This document shows positions 55,205 through 64,000 of a DNA stretch of 64,000 nt, piece by piece. The translations under genes and the position numbers were made by a program. Under the pieces are notes generated by a model. It was not told where the DNA came from. It saw only the letters and a program-made list of their open reading frames with translations, and searched no databases. Origin of the DNA: an uncultured bacterium (GTDB taxonomy: Bacteria > Patescibacteriota > Saccharimonadia > UBA4664); contig CAVRET010000002.1 in the NCBI GenBank assembly GCA_963720265.1, positions 663,601 to 727,600 on the forward strand, in the 5' to 3' direction. How positions within the stretch are numbered: the stretch's first letter is position 1; each line of letters begins with the position of its first letter.

Positions 55205-56861
55205 GCATGAGCATCACTATTTTCGCGGCCGGGTTGTATACCAGATCTATCCGCGCAGTTTCCAGGATTCGAACGGCGATGGCATTGGTGATCTGGCCGG
55301 CATCATAAGCCGGCTGGACTATCTTAATGACGGTCACCCGGCCGCCGCCACCTCGCTCGGCGTCAACATGATTTGGCTGTCGCCGTTTTATCCCTCGCCT
55401 ATGGCCGATTTCGGCTATGATGTGTCGGATTATTGCAATGTCGATCCCATTTTCGGCACGCTGGCCGACTTCAAACTGCTGGTGAAAGAATCTCACCGTC
55501 GCGGTATAAAACTCATGATCGACTTCGTGCCCGACCACTCATCCAATCAGCATCCATGGTTTCTCGAATCGCGTAAAAGCCGTAAAAACCCCCGCCGCCA
55601 CTGGTACTATTGGCGTGATCCTGCGCCGGGTGGTGGGCCGCCCAACAATTGGCTCAGCGTCTTCGGCGGTTCGGCCTGGGAGCTTGATCCAACAACTGGC
55701 CAATACTACCTCCACAGCTTTCTCAAGGAGCAGCCGGATCTCAATTGGGAAAACTCAGGAATGCGTGCCGCCATGCTCGAGGCCATCCGTTTTTGGCTTA
55801 AATTGGGCGTAGACGGCATCCGCGTGGACGCGGTTGATTGGATGGCCAAAGATCTCAAATTCCGTGACAACCCGGTAAATCCCAATTACCGCGCAGGCAT
55901 CGGCGACCCCTATCACCGATTTCTCCACCGTTACAGCCAAAACGGCCCCCAGCTCTACCATTATTTGCGCGCTATGGCCGAGGTTGTGCGAGAGTCGCCC
56001 TACGGCTTCATGGTTACCGAAACCTACCCCGAGCGCCGTGACATCGTGCAAGAGTACCGCAAGATCTACCGCAATTACCTTGCCAGCGTCTCGGCGCCGT
56101 TCAACTTCGAACTCCTGCACTTGCCCTGGTCGGCCGCCGCCTTTAAACAGTTCATTGATCGCTATCAAGCCTCACTCGAGCATGATTATGTGCCCATCTA
56201 CGTGCTCGGCAACCACGACACCGCGCGCCTGGCCAGCCGCATCGGGCCGGCTGCGGCCCGCACCGCCGCTACCATGCTCTTAACCTTGCCCGGCGCAGCC
56301 TTCATTTACTACGGCGAAGAACTCGGCCTACAAAACGTTGCGATTCCGCCCGAGCGCGTCCAGGATCCGTTTGAAAAGCGCGTGCCGGACCTTGGCCTCG
56401 GCCGCGATCCGGAACGCACGCCGATGCCGTGGACGGGTAGTATCCACGCCGGGTTCTCGACCGCCCAGCCGTGGTTGCCGCTTGGTCCCGGTTACCGTAC
56501 CCATAACGTTGCAAGCCAGCTCAGCGACCCAGCCTCGAGCCTACACCTGTACCAAAAGCTCATTCATTTGCGCAACACGTCGCCGATTCTGCAGTATGGT
56601 GTCTATCGTCCGCTCGACACTCATCACTGCGACGTCTTTGGCTACGTGCGTGAACACAACGGCTTCGAGCTGGCAATCGTGCTCAACTTCTCCGGCCGCA
56701 CCGCTGCCATTACCACCGACCTCGGCCCCGGGCTACTCATGTACTCGTCGCAATTAGCTCGCGAAGGCGTGCTCATCAACCTCGCGCGCACCACGATTCC
56801 ACCATATGAAGGCTATGTCGTGGCGCTTGAACGGCGCGATCAAGCGGGCAACCAGTCATGA
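55191..56861 (+). CDS. GH13 alpha-glucosidase/oligo-1,6-glucosidase-like enzyme
   Basis: FQDSNGDGIGDLAGIISRLDYL, DFVPDHSSNQHPWF, and GVDGIRVDAV. The start ATG 55191 overlaps the upstream gene's end by 14 nt. Confidence 0.75.
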   Translation: MASARHEHHYFRGRVVYQIYPRSFQDSNGDGIGDLAGIISRLDYLNDGHPAAATSLGVNMIWLSPFYPSPMADFGYDVSDYCNVDPIFGTLADFKLLVKESHRRGIKLMIDFVPDHSSNQHPWFLESRKSRKNPRRHWYYWRDPAPGGGPPNNWLSVFGGSAWELDPTTGQYYLHSFLKEQPDLNWENSGMRAAMLEAIRFWLKLGVDGIRVDAVDWMAKDLKFRDNPVNPNYRAGIGDPYHRFLHRYSQNGPQLYHYLRAMAEVVRESPYGFMVTETYPERRDIVQEYRKIYRNYLASVSAPFNFELLHLPWSAAAFKQFIDRYQASLEHDYVPIYVLGNHDTARLASRIGPAAARTAATMLLTLPGAAFIYYGEELGLQNVAIPPERVQDPFEKRVPDLGLGRDPERTPMPWTGSIHAGFSTAQPWLPLGPGYRTHNVASQLSDPASSLHLYQKLIHLRNTSPILQYGVYRPLDTHHCDVFGYVREHNGFELAIVLNFSGRTAAITTDLGPGLLMYSSQLAREGVLINLARTTIPPYEGYVVALERRDQAGNQS

Positions 56862-56887
56862 CATCGGTGCTCAGTAACAGGTTGCGG

Positions 56888-59356
56888 CTAAACTGACATC
56901 CGCCCAAGCGCAGCCAGCACATCGACCCCTGCTCCGAGCACGCCTTGCCACAAATCGCCAACCTTGTCGAGACGCTCCGGCATGGTTCTGAGAGTAAACG
57001 CTTTCGGATCGAGCCGCTCATTCACCTCGCCCCAATCAAGCGGCGTCGACACCGTCGCCCCGGGCACCGGCCGCACGCAATAGGCCACCGCCATGGTCTG
57101 CCCGTGCCCGTTTTGCAAGTAGTCCAGGTAAATTTTGCCCTTGCGCTTATCTGGACTGCGCTCAACGCTCGTCAGCTCGGGCAATCGGCTGTGCAGCAAA
57201 TTCATAATAATCTCGGCCAACTGTTTGCTCTGCTCATACGTATAATTGGCACCCAGCGGAATGCAAACGTGCAGACCCGTCTTGCCGCTTGTCTTGGGAT
57301 AGGCCGGAATCTCATATTCATCAAGCAGCTTATGGGCCGCCATGGCTACTTTCACCACTGCATCAAACCCGCTGGTTTTGGCATCAATATCGAGTAGGCA
57401 ATAATCCGGCCGGCCGAGATTCTGCGTGCACGAGTGCCATGGGTTGAGCTCGATGCAGCCTAAATTAACTAAATATTCCAGAACATCGCGGTCATTGGCC
57501 ACCACCCAACGAATGTCCTTGTTACTCGATTCTGAGTATATTGGCACCGTCTTCACCCAATGCGGCGCCCCTTCCACGTCCTTTTGGAAAAAATGCTGGC
57601 CGCTAATGCCACCGGGATAACGGTTGAGTGATTCGGGTCGGTCTTTGAGATAGGGCAGTAACACCTCACTCACACGATCGTAATAATCCAGCAAATCGCC
57701 CTTGGTAATGCCCTCATCAGGCCAAAATACTTTGTCGCGGTGAGTAATGTGTGCTCGGCTATCCGGCTGATCAGTCTTCGCGCCGGATTTGTATTCCGCA
57801 GCGGCCTGCGGCAATTCGCGTCGCACGTCACGAGCCGACTTGTCTTCGCGCCAACCCACAAAAATCGGTTGTCGCATATGATCGTCCTGCGTCCAGCCGG
57901 CAAAACTCACCTCCGCCACCAATTCTGGCTTCACCCAATGTACTGGCGCGTTGGTTCGAAAGCTTGTCGCAAACGGCGAGGCTTTGCGCTCGAGCGGCTT
58001 CAGCCGGGCATGCGCCTCGGCGAGCGACTGTTCTGTAAACCCGCCACCGGTATGCCCAATGTAGCGCAGCTGGCCGTCCTCGCCGTACAACCCGAGCACT
58101 AGTGCGCCCAGGTCATGCCGGCTGCCCTTCGGCTCAGTGTAGCCGCCTACCACAGCCTCTTGTCGGGCATGGGTCTTGATTTTGAGCCAATCCCGGCTGC
58201 GTTTGCCATCCTGATATGTGCTTACGGCGGATTTAGCCATAATGCCCTCCAGATTCTGCGCCTGAGCCAATGCAAACAGCCTTTTCCCAACGCCGGCCAC
58301 ATGATCGCTCAGGCGCACCCGCGTAAACGGCGCCACTAGCTGCGCCAGCACCTCCTTGCGCCGCGTAAGCGGCCAACCGCGTAAATCGTGCCCGTAGGCA
58401 TACGGCAAATCGAACACATAATACACGAGCGTGCCGCTGCCGGTCCGCTGCCAGTCCTGCAACGCGCCGAAATCCGACCGGCCGGCCTCGTCCACCACGA
58501 CCATTTCACCGTCCAAGATGGCATCCACGACCAGGCCGGACAGCTCCTTGGCCACTAACTGGTACCGCTCTGTGTAATCCTGATCACCGCGAGTGATAAG
58601 CCGCACTCGGCCACCTCCCACATGCGCCATAATCCGGTAGCCGTCCCATTTCACCTCATACAACCACTCCGGATCGTCAAACGGCGTTTCCCTGAGTGTC
58701 GCCAGCATTGGCGCCAACTCCGCCGGCGCCTGAGCCCTGGGTGCATCGTCAAAATCCTGCACAACCGGCTTCCCAGCCGCAATCTCCTCCAGCGTCCGGC
58801 CTGTGGCTGCACTCCGGTTACGCTGCGTCACATCCTCGTCCCGCGCCCACTGGTCTTTCTCGGCTTTAATCAGTAGCCAAGCATTCTCCTCGGCGTCCTT
58901 CATTTTCACCAACGCAAATTCGCCGTTCAACTTCTGCCCGTGCAAAATAAACGTCAAATGCCCGGCATGCACACCGGCCCGGGCTTTTTTATCATCCTCC
59001 TCGCGGTCGCCGGTAGCGCCGAGTGGCTCGTACGTACCTTCATCCCATACCATGACCGTACCACCGCCGTAATTGCCTTTGGGGATCGTACCCTCAAACG
59101 TCCGGTAATCGAGCGGATGATCCTCGACCATCATGGCAAGTCGCTTGTCCTCGGGCCTCAGTGACGGGCCTTTGGGCACGGCCCAGCTCTTGAGTGCGCC
59201 GCCCATCTCCAGTCGAAAATCATAATGCAACTGCGACGCGTCATGCTTTTGCACCACAAACCGCAGGCCGCCGCGCTCATCGCTCTGATCATCGCCGCCG
59301 GTCGGCTCGGGCGTCGTGTCAAACGTACGTTTCGACTGGTACTTGTCCAAACTCAC
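56888..59356 (-). CDS. ligD: multidomain ATP-dependent DNA ligase LigD (3'-phosphoesterase - ligase - polymerase/primase)
   Basis: The N-terminal PE domain has VVQKHDASQLHYDFRLE. The middle ligase domain has the EVKWDGYR motif I. The C-terminal Pol domain has SGKTGLHVCIPL. Confidence 0.9.
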   Translation of the reverse strand: MSLDKYQSKRTFDTTPEPTGGDDQSDERGGLRFVVQKHDASQLHYDFRLEMGGALKSWAVPKGPSLRPEDKRLAMMVEDHPLDYRTFEGTIPKGNYGGGTVMVWDEGTYEPLGATGDREEDDKKARAGVHAGHLTFILHGQKLNGEFALVKMKDAEENAWLLIKAEKDQWARDEDVTQRNRSAATGRTLEEIAAGKPVVQDFDDAPRAQAPAELAPMLATLRETPFDDPEWLYEVKWDGYRIMAHVGGGRVRLITRGDQDYTERYQLVAKELSGLVVDAILDGEMVVVDEAGRSDFGALQDWQRTGSGTLVYYVFDLPYAYGHDLRGWPLTRRKEVLAQLVAPFTRVRLSDHVAGVGKRLFALAQAQNLEGIMAKSAVSTYQDGKRSRDWLKIKTHARQEAVVGGYTEPKGSRHDLGALVLGLYGEDGQLRYIGHTGGGFTEQSLAEAHARLKPLERKASPFATSFRTNAPVHWVKPELVAEVSFAGWTQDDHMRQPIFVGWREDKSARDVRRELPQAAAEYKSGAKTDQPDSRAHITHRDKVFWPDEGITKGDLLDYYDRVSEVLLPYLKDRPESLNRYPGGISGQHFFQKDVEGAPHWVKTVPIYSESSNKDIRWVVANDRDVLEYLVNLGCIELNPWHSCTQNLGRPDYCLLDIDAKTSGFDAVVKVAMAAHKLLDEYEIPAYPKTSGKTGLHVCIPLGANYTYEQSKQLAEIIMNLLHSRLPELTSVERSPDKRKGKIYLDYLQNGHGQTMAVAYCVRPVPGATVSTPLDWGEVNERLDPKAFTLRTMPERLDKVGDLWQGVLGAGVDVLAALGRMSV

Positions 59357-60135
59357 TTGACCTGCGCCTCCAAGCTCGCTTTAAGTGCGGCCATCAGATC
59401 GGCCGGAGCTTTGGCCGTCGCTTCGTGCGGCGCTGCTTTCTCCTTACCCTTCGCCTTAGCCTCGATCCGTGCCTGCAGCTCCTCAGTATAGGTATCGTGA
59501 AAATCCTCAGGGATAAACGGTTGCGTTTGCTGATCGACCAGCTCAACGGCCAGGTCGAGTTCACGCTCATTCGCTACATCTTTTCCCGGTAACGTAAGGC
59601 TGCCCGGGGTACGCAAATCAGCCGGGAACCGCATTTGGTTTAGCACGAGCACCTGGCCCACAGTCTTCAAAATCGCCAAATGTTCCCGTTCGCGCAGCAC
59701 AAACGTTGCCACCGCCAGTCGATTCCGCTTACGCAAAGCCTCGCGCAAAAGCGCATATGCTTTCTCGCCGCCCTTGCCCGGCTCCAGATAGTATGGCCGT
59801 TCCAAATACCGCACATCAATCTGCTGCTCGTCGCAAAACTCCACAATATCAATCGTCGTCGTTTTCTTTACGTCCGCGGCTTCGAAGTCCTCGTCCGTAA
59901 TTCGCACAAATTCGCCTTTCTCGTATTCGTAACCCTTAACGATCTCGCTAAACGGCACCTCTTTGTCCTCGGCTTTGCAGATCTTGGCATAGCGAATGGG
60001 GGACAGGTCTTTTTTGTGTAACATGTGCAAATCAATCCCGTCGCGCGTCTCCGCGCCGGAATAGAGCTTCACCGGAATATTAATAAGCCCAAACGAGATT
60101 GCCCCAGACCAGATCGCGCGCATTGCATCCTCCAA
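59353..60135 (-). CDS. ku: Ku protein (non-homologous end joining)
   Basis: MRAIWSGAISFGLINIPVKLY is the canonical Ku N-terminus. Its 4-nt overlap with ligD suggests operon organisation. Confidence 0.9.
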   Translation of the reverse strand: MEDAMRAIWSGAISFGLINIPVKLYSGAETRDGIDLHMLHKKDLSPIRYAKICKAEDKEVPFSEIVKGYEYEKGEFVRITDEDFEAADVKKTTTIDIVEFCDEQQIDVRYLERPYYLEPGKGGEKAYALLREALRKRNRLAVATFVLREREHLAILKTVGQVLVLNQMRFPADLRTPGSLTLPGKDVANERELDLAVELVDQQTQPFIPEDFHDTYTEELQARIEAKAKGKEKAAPHEATAKAPADLMAALKASLEAQVK

Positions 60136-60229
60136 TCAGTTTGTTGTTAGTCTAGGCGAAATGTGTCTGCCCTGTCACTGGAAATAGTCACAGCGCGGTA
60201 TATAATGGCGGCAATTTAGGGAGGCACTC

Positions 60230-60421
60230 ATGTCTCACTCCAATCGAGTAGTTCAAACCGGCGGCTCCGGCGCCGTCTATGGCCTCGGACTTGTTGGCGC
60301 CCTCATATACTATATTCATTTTCATTCCGGCAGCCTCTGGCTGGTGATTTTGGCCGTCATCAAAGCCATTCTTTGGCCCGCGTTCCTCGTATACCAGCTG
60401 CTGTTGTTCCTGCACATGTAA
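60230..60421 (+). CDS. small two-TM membrane protein (hypothetical)
   Basis: A 63-aa ORF with an AGGGAGG SD at the right spacing. Confidence 0.45.
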   Translation: MSHSNRVVQTGGSGAVYGLGLVGALIYYIHFHSGSLWLVILAVIKAILWPAFLVYQLLLFLHM

Positions 60422-60481
60422 TTGCACTACGCTTATGCTTAAAAATCTGTTATAGTCAGGGCAACATCTAAGGGACTCATT

Positions 60482-61012
60482 ATGAAACTTCGCACTTCAC
60501 AAGCCGGCAACATTGGTTTAGAAGTCGTGTTAGCGGTCGTGGTCTTGGTCTTGGCCGTCGGCGCCTACTGGACGTACCAGCAGCACATGAAGTCGCAATC
60601 GGCTTCCAGCACCACAGCTGCTGCACTTTCGGCCAACGCTAAAACCGCGGCTGCAAACGCCAAGCAATCGCAGGCTGCCCTAACAGACGTCAAAGCCTTC
60701 TACATGGCCTGGCTGGCAGATCCGATGCCGACAGCCTCCAGCATGGAGCAGCAAGGCTACCTAACCTCAACTGCGGTCTCAGCTGCAGCTGCCGCCAAGA
60801 CATATGACCTCTTTACCTGCAACCAGTCCGCGCTCGCGTTTGACAAGTACAAGTTCTCCAACCCGATTGCGGACGGCAACACCGCCACGATGTTAGCCAG
60901 TGCCGTTTACTCCGGTTCCACAACCACAACCATTCACCTAGGCCTCAAGATGGTTGGCAGCAAATGGCAGATCAACAGCGTTTCCTGTCCCGACATGACC
61001 ACATCAAAGTAG
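60482..61012 (+). CDS. hypothetical secreted protein with an N-terminal TM anchor
   Basis: A 176-aa ORF with an N-terminal hydrophobic helix and an Ala/Ser/Thr-rich extracellular region. Confidence 0.5.
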   Translation: MKLRTSQAGNIGLEVVLAVVVLVLAVGAYWTYQQHMKSQSASSTTAAALSANAKTAAANAKQSQAALTDVKAFYMAWLADPMPTASSMEQQGYLTSTAVSAAAAAKTYDLFTCNQSALAFDKYKFSNPIADGNTATMLASAVYSGSTTTTIHLGLKMVGSKWQINSVSCPDMTTSK

Positions 61013-61148
61013 CTTACACAGCCAAAAAATTAAACCTATGAGCTAAGCACCAATGCTTGGCTCATAGTTTGTTTGATAGCATAAAGTATTGACAAAGATA
61101 TAAAAATAATATATAATATCTCGCATTCCATTAAGGAGTGTGTAGATA

Positions 61149-61595
61149 ATGTCTATTAAAGCTTACTCAACTGCCCGCTATACGACCCAGGTGGCCGTTG
61201 CGGCAGTTGCCCTCACGGTTGCGGGCACCGGCATCGCCTTAGCCTGCTCAAGTCCGCACCCGACCCCGGTGGTCAAGCATTGCAACCCGACGCCGAAGCC
61301 TACGCCTAAGCCGGTTTGCCCGCCCAAACCCACTCCAACACCAAAACCGACGAGCAAACCCTGCCCGCCTAAAGAAACCCCTACACCAACCCCGACCCCG
61401 ACAGTAATCCCTACCCCCACACCCACTCCGTCGGTAACACCGACCCCGACGCCCACGCCTCAGGTGCTCAGCGCCTCCACGCAGGCTACAACCCTGCCGG
61501 ATACCGGTGCCAGCTTCGGCGGTTCCACCATTGGCCTTGGCTCAATGATTACCGCCGGTGTGGCATACGCCCGGTCGCGTAAAAACCGAAAGTAA
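61149..61595 (+). CDS. LPXTG-anchored Pro/Thr-rich cell-surface protein
   Basis: A signal-like N-terminus, PTPKPT repeats, then LPDTG, a hydrophobic segment and RSRKNRK — a sortase sorting signal. An AGGAG SD is present. Confidence 0.7.
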   Translation: MSIKAYSTARYTTQVAVAAVALTVAGTGIALACSSPHPTPVVKHCNPTPKPTPKPVCPPKPTPTPKPTSKPCPPKETPTPTPTPTVIPTPTPTPSVTPTPTPTPQVLSASTQATTLPDTGASFGGSTIGLGSMITAGVAYARSRKNRK

Positions 61596-61616
61596 CCAAC
61601 CCTAAACCAATCAAAA

Positions 61617-61647
61617 AGACTCCCGCTCGGGAGTCTTTTTGTGCGCC
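61617..61647. terminator. rho-independent (bidirectional) terminator
   Basis: AAAAAGACTCCCG-CTC-GGGAGTCTTTTT is a perfect GC-rich hairpin flanked by an A-run and a T-run. It sits between convergent genes. Confidence 0.8.
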
Positions 61648-62715
61648 TCAATTAGCCGTCAGTGAGAAGTTGTTAACCGCGAAATTAACCGACTCGTTAT
61701 TGGTCGAGACCAGCTCGGCGCCGTAATCTATCTGGCCGAGTGTTGCATTTGAGCCCAACCACCCCTTGGTTTTGATGACATAGTTGTAGAAGTCGAGAAT
61801 ATTCACTGTGCCGCTCGTGGTATTATTTTCGGCTACGAACGCGATGTAGCAGCCGCTATCGCAGCTCGTGCCGTCGCTATAGACGTCGTACGTCTGGCCG
61901 CCGTCGCTAAACGTTCCCCGTAAGCTTCCGCCCGGCGTTTGGCCGTAGTTATCGTTCCAGATCATGATCTCAGTAGAATTATTATCAGCCACGCCGTTCA
62001 GCCACATGTCATAGGCAAATTCGTAAATGCCCACATGCGGACCAGTTTCAGCATAGCTGCTCGAAATCGTGTGGAACGAGCTAATGAGCGGGCTCGAGTC
62101 AAAATCTTCGTGCACATTGGGATAGGTTTTAACCGCCCCGTCGCCATTATTGTTATTCATCTTCGCGGTGACGTACCAATTGTCGAAATCGCAGGCGTAC
62201 AAGGTCTGCGCTACCGAGTAACCCGAGGCGTTCCAGGTGTCGTTGGTGACGTAATAGTTTCCGATTGTGACGCCGCTTTGGGCGTTGTTGGGGTCGAACG
62301 GAATCGTGTACTGCGGGTTGCTGCAGGTCTGGCTGACCGGAGTCGAGCTCGGTGTGGGCGTTGTAGTGGGGGTAGGGGTTGTTATCGGCGTGCTGCTCGG
62401 GGTTGGTGTGGGGGTCGCCGCCGTTTGCCCCCAGTGTGACAAGAGAATCGACAAGTCAAACACATTGACCGTACCGTCACCGTTAAGATCAGCCGTAGCG
62501 TTGTTCGTACCCCAGTCACTGAGCATGATTGAGAGGTCAAACACATTTACCACCCCGTCATGATTCAAGTCACCCACCAGCGGGCCGGCCGCAAAGGTAT
62601 GGAAAATCACCAGCCCAAACACCACCACCGCAAGTACCACCAACGACGCCTGGGGATAGTGGTCAAATTTTTTCGGCAACCGAATCATGCGATGAGCTCT
62701 AGTCTCCCTCCGCAC
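61648..62715 (-). CDS. secreted protein with an N-terminal dockerin-type repeat pair and a C-terminal GH12-like domain
   Basis: TM/signal N-terminus, then DLNHDGVVNVFDLSIML ... DLNGDGTVNVFDLSILL (dockerin-like Ca-binding repeats), a TPTP linker, and an EIMIW motif as in the GH12 nucleophile block. Confidence 0.55.
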   Translation of the reverse strand: MRRETRAHRMIRLPKKFDHYPQASLVVLAVVVFGLVIFHTFAAGPLVGDLNHDGVVNVFDLSIMLSDWGTNNATADLNGDGTVNVFDLSILLSHWGQTAATPTPTPSSTPITTPTPTTTPTPSSTPVSQTCSNPQYTIPFDPNNAQSGVTIGNYYVTNDTWNASGYSVAQTLYACDFDNWYVTAKMNNNNGDGAVKTYPNVHEDFDSSPLISSFHTISSSYAETGPHVGIYEFAYDMWLNGVADNNSTEIMIWNDNYGQTPGGSLRGTFSDGGQTYDVYSDGTSCDSGCYIAFVAENNTTSGTVNILDFYNYVIKTKGWLGSNATLGQIDYGAELVSTNNESVNFAVNNFSLTAN

Positions 62716-63808
62716 AAGATATCGGTGCGCATGTTAGGGAGAAGTTGTTGAGGTCAAACCTCTGAGTCCCGTCCGTGTATGCGACCTCCACGCCATACTC
62801 GACGGCGCTCAGCTCCGCGGGATTAGCACCACCGGCCTTACACGCCGCTGTAGAAGTGCAATCGAACCAGGCCGGATTATTGGCAATAACCCAGTTATAG
62901 AGGGCCAGCAGGTCTACCGTACCTGAGGCTGTCTGAGTCGTTGGTGCAAAGCCGACGTACCCACAATTGCCGCCGCCGGGATTGCCAAACGTCCAGATAT
63001 CCCAGGTATTGCCGCCAATGCTCACGTTCGTATCTACAAAGGAGGCGCCACTCAGGTCATTCTCCCACTGGTTCCAGACCATCATTTCCTCACAGTTGCC
63101 GTTATTGAGCCCGTCAATCCACGTGTCGTAGGCTTCATCATAACCAAGGCTGGTGCCCGCCGGCGCTGACATCCCGAACGTGCTCGTAACATTCGTTAAG
63201 GACGAGATAACCGGACCGCAGTCGGGCATGTTACAGGCGTACGGTGCCGGTGCCAGATCAACTTGCGTGTCGGGATAGGTTTCAACTTGGCCGCCGTCGT
63301 TCGGTTGGTTGGATTCGACGTACCAGCTTTTGGAGTTGCAGACATATATGGTTTGCGGGCCGTGGCTGCCACTCCAAGCATCGTTACCGACCTGATAGCC
63401 GTTGGTATCGGTCCAGCCGAATTCGGCGTCGGAGCTGCTGGTGACAGGGTTAGTGCACGTCTGTGCCACTGGGCTCGAGCTTGGTGTCGGCGTGGGCGTC
63501 GACGTTGGTGTGGGGGTCGGCGTTGGGGTTGAGCTCGTCTGGCCCCAGTGCGACAGCAGAATTGAAAGATCATACACGTTCACCGTACCGTCGCCGTTAA
63601 GATCGGCCGTAGCATTGCTGGTACCCCAATCGCTCAACATGATCGAGAGGTCATACACGTTGACCACCCCGTCATTATTAAGATCGCCCACGAGCGACGA
63701 CGCGAAACTGTGCACAATCACCAGTCCCAACGCCACAGCCACAAGCACGATTGCCGCTGCCTGCGGATATTGAATGGTTCGTTTATGCAACCGAATAAGG
63801 TGTTTCAC
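62699..63808 (-). CDS. paralogous secreted dockerin-repeat / GH12-like protein
   Basis: Same architecture as 61648..62715: DLNNDGVVNVYDLSIML ... DLNGDGTVNVYDLSILL, a TPTP linker, and EEMMVW. Confidence 0.55.
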   Translation of the reverse strand: MKHLIRLHKRTIQYPQAAAIVLVAVALGLVIVHSFASSLVGDLNNDGVVNVYDLSIMLSDWGTSNATADLNGDGTVNVYDLSILLSHWGQTSSTPTPTPTPTSTPTPTPSSSPVAQTCTNPVTSSSDAEFGWTDTNGYQVGNDAWSGSHGPQTIYVCNSKSWYVESNQPNDGGQVETYPDTQVDLAPAPYACNMPDCGPVISSLTNVTSTFGMSAPAGTSLGYDEAYDTWIDGLNNGNCEEMMVWNQWENDLSGASFVDTNVSIGGNTWDIWTFGNPGGGNCGYVGFAPTTQTASGTVDLLALYNWVIANNPAWFDCTSTAACKAGGANPAELSAVEYGVEVAYTDGTQRFDLNNFSLTCAPISCAEGD

Positions 63809-63869
63809 AGCTTCTTATTGTGAACAATAACTGCCGTAATGCTCAAACACAAGCATTATCAGGGGTGGT

Positions 63870-64000
63870 TAGGCCTCGCGGTCGTAGGCCGCCTGAAGGG
63901 CGACGATGTCCAGCCTGTCCATCGTCAGCATGGCTTTGGTAACGCGTTCCGCCCTTTTGGGATCGGGATCGCCCATGAGTTCATCCAGCAGCTTGGGTAC
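63870..64000 (-). CDS. hypothetical protein, C-terminal fragment (continues beyond the window)
   Basis: An open frame reads ...VPKLLDELMGDPDPKRAERVTKAMLTMDRLDIVALQAAYDREA and stops at 63870-63872. Confidence 0.3.

Overview
This is a high-GC (about 60%), gene-dense bacterial chromosome segment from a monoderm (Gram-positive-type) lineage. An LPXTG sortase substrate, NiSOD, Ku/LigD, OtsAB/TreS and EmrB-like MFS transporters support that, but the exact taxon cannot be determined from sequence alone. Housekeeping genes I am confident of: the murF 3' end, dcd, leuS, rpmF (missed by the ORF track), nusB, rnc, rpsP, a KH protein, trmD, sodN-sodX, glmS, otsA-otsB, two GH13 enzymes, ligD-ku, and a tRNA-Gln(CTG) with its own promoter. 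The most unusual locus lies immediately 3' of tRNA-Gln (about 18.4-23.3 kb). It is a mosaic-GC tandem array of four or more cassettes. Each cassette is a variable forward gene followed by a convergent small gene from one conserved family. The small gene's RBS/5' region forms a repeated module of about 110 nt, and that module contains an exact 28-nt copy of the tRNA 3' end plus downstream flank. No integrase is visible. Other notable points: LeuRS carries an insertion of about 335 aa holding two intact Nudix boxes, inside a Nudix-rich neighbourhood; a pair of SWIM zinc-finger genes; a 49-aa His/Asp-rich peptide; a Gln/Asp-rich repeat ORF; tandem dockerin-repeat/GH12-like secreted paralogs; and a 16-bp perfect palindrome upstream of an ABC exporter. 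All product calls rest on motifs I recognised by eye. No database search was possible.
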